A stretch of DNA of 13,574 nucleotides. It comes from a virus (taxonomy: Duplodnaviria > Heunggongvirae > Uroviricota > Caudoviricetes). Location of the stretch: IMG/VR virus record IMGVR_UViG_2684622582_000008, positions 1 to 13,574 of that record; one strand, given 5' to 3'. How positions within the stretch are numbered: position 1 is the first letter of the stretch; each line of letters opens with the position of its first letter. The notes beneath the pieces were generated by a model, which was given only the letters and a program-made list of their open reading frames with translations, had not been told where the DNA came from and searched no databases. The position numbers and the translations under genes are program-made. This document shows positions 7,836-13,574 of the stretch, piece by piece.

Positions 7836-8408
7836 ATGGAAAGCACAGCCTTACAGCAGGCCTTTGACACCTGTCAGAATAACAAAGCAGCATGGCTGCA
7901 ACGCAAAAATGAGCTGGCAGCGGCCGAACAGGAATATCTGCGGCTTCTGTCAGGAGAAGGCAGAAACGTCAGTCGCCTGGACGAATTACGCAATATTATC
8001 GAAGTCAGAAAATGGCAGGTGAATCAGGCCGCTGGTCGTTATATTCGTTCGCATGAAGCCGTTCAGCACATCAGCATCCGCGACCGGCTGAATGATTTTA
8101 TGCAGCAGCACGGCACAGCACTGGCGGCGGCACTGGCACCGGAGCTGATGGGCTACAGTGAGCTGACGGCCATTGCCCGAAACTGTGCCATACAGCGTGC
8201 CACAGATGCCCTGCGTGAAGCCCTCCTGTCCTGGCTTGCGAAGGGGGAAAAAATTAATTATTCCGCACAGGATAGCGACATTTTAACGACCATCGGATTC
8301 AGGCCTGACGCGGCTTCGGTGGATGACAGCCGTGAAAAATTCACCCCTGCGCAGAACATGATTTTTTCGCGTAAAAGTGCGCAACTGGCATCACGTCAGT
8401 CTGTGTAA
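7836..8408 (+). CDS. psu: Psu-like polarity suppression protein (Rho antagonist / capsid decoration), 190 aa
   Basis: Third gene of the late operon; length equals P4 Psu; N-terminus MESTALQQAFDTCQNN matches my recollection of P4 Psu. Confidence 0.8.
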   Translation: MESTALQQAFDTCQNNKAAWLQRKNELAAAEQEYLRLLSGEGRNVSRLDELRNIIEVRKWQVNQAAGRYIRSHEAVQHISIRDRLNDFMQQHGTALAAALAPELMGYSELTAIARNCAIQRATDALREALLSWLAKGEKINYSAQDSDILTTIGFRPDAASVDDSREKFTPAQNMIFSRKSAQLASRQSV

Positions 8409-8444
8409 AATTCCCCGAAAATCCGCCTGTTTTTACTGAAAAAA

Positions 8445-8483
8445 GCCATGCATCGATAAGGTGCATGGCTTTGCATGCGTTTT
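8445..8483 (+). terminator. Candidate terminator after psu
   Basis: Stem gccatgca/tgcatggc (8445-8452 and 8462-8469) followed by a T-rich tract tttgcatgcgtttt. Confidence 0.4.
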
Positions 8484-8572
8484 CCTGCCTCATTTTCTGC
8501 AGACCGCGCCATTCCCGGCGCGGCCTGAGCGTGTCAGTGAAACTGCATTAAAACCGCCCCGCAAAGCGGGCG

Positions 8573-8591
8573 GGCGAGGCGGGGAAAGCAC
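8573..8591. other. cos-like cohesive-end site (P2/P4-type 19-mer)
   Basis: ggcgaggcggggaaagcac matches the P2/P4 cohesive-end sequence as I recall it; it lies between psu and the cargo gene, as in P4. Confidence 0.65.
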
Positions 8592-8620
8592 TGCGCGCAT
8601 GTATGCAGGAAATAACCTGA

Positions 8621-8666
8621 CTCTCCAGCCAGAGAAAGAAACTGAACTGGAGAGTTTTTTGTTTTT
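8621..8666. terminator. Stem-loop with flanking T/A tracts between cos and the cargo gene
   Basis: ctctccag (8621-8628) pairs with ctggagag (8647-8654), followed by ttttttgttttt (8655-8666). It sits about 25 nt past the stop of the minus-strand cargo gene. Confidence 0.35.
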
Positions 8667-8678
8667 ACATGGATGTGT

Positions 8679-10439
8679 TCAGTTTTTATTTATGAATGAA
8701 ATACTGTTCTCTAGTGACTCCTTTACTTTTTTCACGGTGTTTTTTAACTCAATAATGGCTCCGCGACGAAAAGAAATTGAAAGTTCATTCAGGTAAGAAT
8801 TTAAGAACTCATCTAGTTTTTTTAGATGAGGTAGCTCGTTAGATAGATAATCGCGAAGGTTAGAAAAGTTGTATACAGATAATAGATGGTCTGAAAACAT
8901 TTGAATATCGTAAATGGACCAATTATGTTGTATGGCACTTATGATTAAATTTACATCTAAAGTTTCCAGTGCTTTAAACTTGAAATCTGAATGATATATA
9001 TCCATATCGATAGTGGTCCAACCATCGTTAACCATCTTGTTTTTTAATTCTTCTATTCTTTCTCTTTTTGTTATGTTAATATATTTGTCAACAAAAAAGT
9101 TATATAAATTATCTCCATCATGTTTTAGCATATTTAGTGGGATGTCATTGATGTTTGGCACGGTTTTATGAAAATATGATTTTATTTCATCGTCACTGAA
9201 GCTAAGTTTGCTTTGATTAATGGTGTCTTCATCTAGGGTGTTTATATGAGGTATATATTCATATTTTGAGAGTCTAATATAGTTATTCGTGGCAATTAAC
9301 CATGTAGATAGATCTGGAGAATTTGATTTTAAAATTGTTTTTATTATTTCTTCCTGATAGTCATGTTCAGATATGTTATATAACTCAGGTCTTAATAATC
9401 CAGCATAATCATTTCTCTTGGGAGGGGTATTGTCAGTAAAAACATATGGAAGAATGTCTTTATGCGAAATTGCATTAAAACAATATGGAGCCATTTTATT
9501 ATTATAGTTTTTGTATGCACTAATACTTAATAAATTGTTTTCTTCTTCACTTATTTCATTGTGTTCGTTTTCTGGTGTGGTTGAAATTGTTTTGAGTGAT
9601 GATGAAACAAAATTTTCACGAAACTCATTTTCCTTATAGTTGAATTTTTCCTTAAGTATTATATGTGCACACAATGAGCTTACTAAATTTTTAATATCTA
9701 TATCAGAGATATCTCTGTCTTGCGTTGTTTGTTCAAACAACGGTAGGAGTTTTACAATGACTCTATTAATGATTCGGATATTTGTTTCTTCGAAATCTAT
9801 AATTACTTGCTTAATGATGTCTCTATAATTTTCTTGTATTTTCTCAAGCTTTTTATCTAAAATGTCAGAAAGATTGTTTATAGAAAAGTATACCTCGTCG
9901 CTAATAACTTTTTCTTTATGATTCAATACCTCATTGCTTTGTTTTGAAAAATTACCAACTAAAATATAGTCTAACATCTTGTTATTTTGATAATTTTGTA
10001 AGCAAAAGGTTGCTATTTCATCTCGCAAATTTTGAGGTATACGTTCTAGATCATCAATAATAAAAACTCCTGAAAGATCTTTTAATACATAATGTTGCAT
10101 TGCCCCTGCAAATGTTGATATTATTTTTCCAGTAAACTTCCCAGTGCTTTCTTCTTTAGTAATAGCTGTGGTTACATTTGATGCTAACTCTGTAATTATT
10201 TCTATATCGGGTGGATTCTCTAAATAAGTTACACTCAACACCTTGTCTTTAAAATCTTGCAAACTATTTAATCCAAGCACAGATATATAAAATTGAGTTT
10301 TGTTGGAATAATATTGCTTAAATTCATTTTGAAGGAAGAATGTTTTACCAACCCCCCACTCACCGTTTAACAAAATTAGACCTTCACGTTTTTCATTTAG
10401 TAATCTAATTAAAACAGATATTATTGTGTTTTTATCCAT
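8679..10439 (-). CDS. KAP-family-like P-loop NTPase with large uncharacterised C-terminal region, 586 aa; candidate anti-phage defence cargo in the P4 hotspot
   Basis: ATG at 10439 with AAGGAG upstream. Walker A GEWGVGKT (GxWGxGKT type) and Walker B VFIIDDLER (hhhhDDL[DE]R type) in the first ~135 aa. Very AT-rich compared with the P4 backbone. Occupies the gop/beta/cII position between cos and int. Confidence 0.7.
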   Translation of the reverse strand: MDKNTIISVLIRLLNEKREGLILLNGEWGVGKTFFLQNEFKQYYSNKTQFYISVLGLNSLQDFKDKVLSVTYLENPPDIEIITELASNVTTAITKEESTGKFTGKIISTFAGAMQHYVLKDLSGVFIIDDLERIPQNLRDEIATFCLQNYQNNKMLDYILVGNFSKQSNEVLNHKEKVISDEVYFSINNLSDILDKKLEKIQENYRDIIKQVIIDFEETNIRIINRVIVKLLPLFEQTTQDRDISDIDIKNLVSSLCAHIILKEKFNYKENEFRENFVSSSLKTISTTPENEHNEISEEENNLLSISAYKNYNNKMAPYCFNAISHKDILPYVFTDNTPPKRNDYAGLLRPELYNISEHDYQEEIIKTILKSNSPDLSTWLIATNNYIRLSKYEYIPHINTLDEDTINQSKLSFSDDEIKSYFHKTVPNINDIPLNMLKHDGDNLYNFFVDKYINITKRERIEELKNKMVNDGWTTIDMDIYHSDFKFKALETLDVNLIISAIQHNWSIYDIQMFSDHLLSVYNFSNLRDYLSNELPHLKKLDEFLNSYLNELSISFRRGAIIELKNTVKKVKESLENSISFINKN

Positions 10440-10469
10440 AAAATACTCCTTTTAGTAATTATAATTAAC

Positions 10470-11642
10470 TCAATCTGCTGGATAAATAAAGTCACTATAC
10501 CATTGTAACATCTTTAATCTTTTCTCTAAATATTGAGCATGATTATATGTTCCCCTAATGCTATTTTTATCAACATGAGCTAGTTGCATTTCAATCCATG
10601 CACTATCAAAACCTTGTTCATGTAGTATTGTCGACATTGTATGTCTAAACCCGTGGCCTGTTGCACGTCCCTTATAACCAAGTAATTCGATCACTTGTGA
10701 TATACTTTCTTTAGAAATTGGTTTAGTACGATTATTACGTCCAATAAATATATAAGGATAATGGCTAGAGATGGGTTTTAATTGATTAAATAGGGTAATC
10801 ACTTGAGATGATAAAGGTACAAGGTGAGGCCGACGCATTTTCATGCGTTCTGCTGGTATTTCCCATATTCCTTTTTCTAAATTGACTTCTTCCCATGTGG
10901 CAAAACGCAGCTCTTGTGTTCTTACTCCGGTAAGCATCACAATCTTGGTTGCATTTTTAGTGATTATGCTGCCAGTGTAAGCCTCCAGATCTTTGACAAA
11001 ATAAGGGAGTTCTTCTGCTGATAGAAAAGGATGATGTTTTTGCTTCGGTACAGCTAATGCGATAGCTAAATCAGGTGCTGGATTGTATTCAGCACGGCCA
11101 GTGATGATCGCGTAGCGAAACACCTCTCCGCATCGTTGACGTACTTTTCTGGTTTTCTCCAACGCTCCACGTTTTTCTATGCGTTTAAGTACTTCAAGCA
11201 GTTCTAGGGGTTTAATTTCAGCTATTGGCCGTTTACCAATGAAAGGAAAAACATCCTGTTCAAATGTTTTAATAATTTCTTCGCGATAAGCTAGAGTCCA
11301 ACGATCTGCTTTTGCTGCGTGCCATTCTCTGCTAACTGCCTCAAAAGAGGTTTCAATTGATAATTTCTGAGCAATTTTCTGAGCCTTACGTTCTTCTACT
11401 GGATCAATGCCGTTTGCAACCTGTTTACGTGCCGTATCGCGTTTCTCACGTGCTTCTGCGAGGCTTACTAAATCATAGCTGCCAAATGACATTAACCGCG
11501 CTTTCCCAGCAAATCTGAAACGGAAACGCCAGCCTTTCGAGCCATCTGGATTGATAAGCAACGACAGACCTTGTCCATCGTTCAATGTGTATGGCTTGTC
11601 TTGTGGTTTTGCACGTTTGATCTGTATATCGGTTAGAGCCAT
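10470..11642 (-). CDS. int: Tyrosine site-specific integrase (P4/CP4-57-like family), 390 aa
   Basis: N-terminus MALTDIQIKRAKPQDKPYTL...WRFRFRF is typical of P4-family integrases. C-terminal catalytic region GHGFRHT...LAHVDKNSIRGTYNH. Lies adjacent to tRNA-Sec. AT-rich. Weak RBS. Confidence 0.85.
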   Translation of the reverse strand: MALTDIQIKRAKPQDKPYTLNDGQGLSLLINPDGSKGWRFRFRFAGKARLMSFGSYDLVSLAEAREKRDTARKQVANGIDPVEERKAQKIAQKLSIETSFEAVSREWHAAKADRWTLAYREEIIKTFEQDVFPFIGKRPIAEIKPLELLEVLKRIEKRGALEKTRKVRQRCGEVFRYAIITGRAEYNPAPDLAIALAVPKQKHHPFLSAEELPYFVKDLEAYTGSIITKNATKIVMLTGVRTQELRFATWEEVNLEKGIWEIPAERMKMRRPHLVPLSSQVITLFNQLKPISSHYPYIFIGRNNRTKPISKESISQVIELLGYKGRATGHGFRHTMSTILHEQGFDSAWIEMQLAHVDKNSIRGTYNHAQYLEKRLKMLQWYSDFIYPAD

Positions 11643-11804
11643 GTGTATAACTGAAAACTACGTATAAAAAATCTATACACATTACTATACATATTTTTCG
11701 CGGATTCAGGGAGATGAACTCGGACTATTACGGATAAGATGATTATTCATCGTATTGAATACAAAGGGTTTTATGGAGCGTCTCGGAACTGGCTGGATGA
11801 AGTT

Positions 11805-11899
11805 TGGCGGAAGATCACAGGAGTCGAACCTGCCCGGGACCGCTGGCGGCCCCAACTGGATTTGAAGTCCAGCCGCCTCACCGGAGACGACGATCTTCC
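11805..11899 (-). tRNA. selC: tRNA-Sec (selenocysteine tRNA), intact; its 3' end forms attL
   Basis: The reverse complement of 11805-11899 reads GGAAGATCGTCGTCTCCGGTGAGGCGGCTGGACTTCAAATCCAGTTGGGGCCGCCAGCGGTCCCGGGCAGGTTCGACTCCTGTGATCTTCCGCCA, matching E. coli selC as recalled, including the long variable arm and CCA end. Confidence 0.9.
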
Positions 11900-12191
11900 G
11901 CGCCTCGATTGCTACATGGAGGCGGGGCGCATTATAGCTACTTCCTTGAGTTTCTACATCCCCCAGATCAGTTTTTTCCGCCTAATACACGCAGCGTATT
12001 ATCACGAAAGCATTATAGTTCATATAAAAATCATATTTTACAATGATATATGAGCGAAATTAACGCTACCACGATCACATAAAACAAGAATCATAAATTA
12101 ATAACCAGATATCGGAATATTCGCTCTCGCAGGGATGGTTTACAAAATGCGTTATCGGTCTCAGCACCCCTATAGCATCAAGGAAAAGCAG

Positions 12192-13574
12192 ATGAAGAGT
12201 GAAGTGTTGTCCGTTAAAGAGAAAATTGGTTATGGCATGGGAGACGCCGCCAGCCACATTATTTTCGATAACGTAATGTTATATATGATGTTCTTTTATA
12301 CCGATATTTTTGGCATTCCTGCCGGATTTGTCGGAACCATGTTTTTGGTCGCTCGTGCACTGGATGCGATTTCCGATCCTTGCATGGGGTTGTTGGCCGA
12401 TCGAACGCGCTCTCGCTGGGGTAAATTTCGGCCGTGGGTGCTGTTTGGCGCACTGCCATTCGGGATCGTCTGTGTACTGGCCTATAGCACGCCAGATCTC
12501 AGTATGAACGGAAAAATGATTTATGCAGCAATTACTTACACCCTACTTACCTTACTTTATACCATCGTCAATATCCCTTACTGCGCATTGGGTGGTGTAA
12601 TCACCAATGACCCGACTCAGCGTATCTCGCTGCAATCCTGGCGTTTTGTGCTGGCGACCGCGGGAGGCATGCTCTCTACTGTTCTGATGATGCCACTGGT
12701 TAATTTAATTGGTGGTGATAATAAACCACTCGGTTTCCAGGGCGGTATCGCGGTCCTTTCCGTGGTGGCATTTATGATGCTGGCATTCTGTTTCTTCACC
12801 ACTAAAGAACGCGTTGAAGCACCACCTACAACGACGTCTATGCGGGATGATTTACGTGATATCTGGCAAAACGACCAGTGGCGTATTGTCGGTTTCCTGA
12901 CAATTTTCAATATCCTGGCGGTGTGCGTACGCGGTGGGGCGATGATGTATTACGTCACATGGATTTTGGGTACGCCGGAAGTGTTTGTCGCTTTTCTCAC
13001 CACTTATTGCGTGGGTAACCTGATTGGCTCCGCACTGGCAAAACCGCTGACCGACTGGAAATGTAAAGTCACTATCTTCTGGTGGACGAACGCCCTGCTG
13101 GCAGTGATTAGCCTCGCGATGTTCTTTGTTCCTATGCAGGCCAGCATCACCATGTTTGTCTTCATCTTCGTGATTGGTGTGTTGCATCAACTGGTGACAC
13201 CTATCCAGTGGGTAATGATGTCCGATACCGTCGACTACGGCGAGTGGTGTAATGGTAAACGCCTGACCGGGATCAGTTTTGCTGGCACGCTGTTTGTGCT
13301 CAAACTGGGGTTGGCCTTCGGTGGTGCCCTTATCGGCTGGATGCTGGCTTATGGCGGATATGATGCGGCAGAAAAAGCGCAGAACAGCGTCACAATTAGC
13401 ATCATTATCGCGCTATTCACGATTGTTCCGGCGATCTGTTACTTGCTGAGCGCGATTATCGCTAAACGCTACTACTCGCTCACGACGCACAATCTGAAAA
13501 CCGTTATGGAACAGCTGGCGCAGGGCAAACGCCGTTGCCAGCAACAATTCACCTCTCAAGAAGTGCAGAACTAA
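12192..13574 (+). CDS. yicJ: GPH-family (glycoside-pentoside-hexuronide:cation symporter) inner-membrane transporter, 460 aa
   Basis: ATG at 12192 with AGGAAAAG upstream (the ORF-track start at 12135 has no RBS). GYGMGD...D..R.RWGKFRPW GPH signature; many hydrophobic segments. Identity as yicJ is inferred from the selC-adjacent position in E. coli K-12. Confidence 0.7.
   Translation: MKSEVLSVKEKIGYGMGDAASHIIFDNVMLYMMFFYTDIFGIPAGFVGTMFLVARALDAISDPCMGLLADRTRSRWGKFRPWVLFGALPFGIVCVLAYSTPDLSMNGKMIYAAITYTLLTLLYTIVNIPYCALGGVITNDPTQRISLQSWRFVLATAGGMLSTVLMMPLVNLIGGDNKPLGFQGGIAVLSVVAFMMLAFCFFTTKERVEAPPTTTSMRDDLRDIWQNDQWRIVGFLTIFNILAVCVRGGAMMYYVTWILGTPEVFVAFLTTYCVGNLIGSALAKPLTDWKCKVTIFWWTNALLAVISLAMFFVPMQASITMFVFIFVIGVLHQLVTPIQWVMMSDTVDYGEWCNGKRLTGISFAGTLFVLKLGLAFGGALIGWMLAYGGYDAAEKAQNSVTISIIIALFTIVPAICYLLSAIIAKRYYSLTTHNLKTVMEQLAQGKRRCQQQFTSQEVQN

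Larger units (their letters stand above)
1089..11825. mobile_element. P4-type satellite prophage integrated at tRNA-Sec (selC), ~10.7 kb
   Basis: Flanking direct repeats of the tRNA 3' end; integrase next to the intact tRNA; P4-like gene set with matching sizes (alpha 777, sid 244, delta 166, psu 190, orf88/106/151); TGTTCACC iteron clusters; cos-like 19-mer. Confidence 0.85.

Noticed and set aside
8461-8796. 111-aa plus-strand ORF
   Set aside because: It spans the terminator-like hairpin and the cos site and runs antisense into the cargo gene; no RBS. Likely spurious.
9640-9828. 62-aa plus-strand ORF inside the cargo gene
   Set aside because: Antisense to the 586-aa gene, AT-rich, with no RBS or supporting context.
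11739-12053. 104-aa and 80-aa plus-strand ORFs over selC
   Set aside because: They overlap the tRNA-Sec gene and the att/arm region; these are translation artefacts of structured RNA sequence.
12135-12191. N-terminal extension of yicJ (479 aa)
   Set aside because: No RBS at 12135; the ATG at 12192 has AGGAAAAG upstream and gives the expected 460-aa transporter.

Overview
The window is a selC-associated accessory region of an E. coli-like enterobacterial chromosome. Coordinates ~1089-11825 hold a near-complete P4-type satellite prophage (~10.7 kb), bounded by a 21-23 bp direct repeat of the tRNA-Sec (selC) 3' end. Recognisable P4 backbone, in window order: attR, crr-like double repeat with TGTTCACC iterons, alpha primase-helicase (777 aa), orf106 (cnr-like), orf151, epsilon-like (95 aa), a 65-aa leader-proximal ORF, an untranslated immunity-type leader, vis-like AlpA regulator (88 aa), two palindromic TGT-N12-ACA Delta/Ogr-type sites flanking an ori-like cluster of six iterons, sid (244 aa), delta (166 aa), psu (190 aa), and a P2/P4-type cos site. 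The gop/beta/cII position between cos and int is occupied instead by one strongly AT-rich 586-aa gene encoding a KAP-like P-loop NTPase with a large uncharacterised C-terminal region. This is the best candidate for an undescribed satellite-borne anti-phage defence gene. It is followed by an AT-rich tyrosine integrase abutting intact selC. Outside the element are a complete rhuM-family gene (left) and the GPH-family transporter yicJ (right). All assignments come from reading the sequence and recalled family knowledge; no database search was run.
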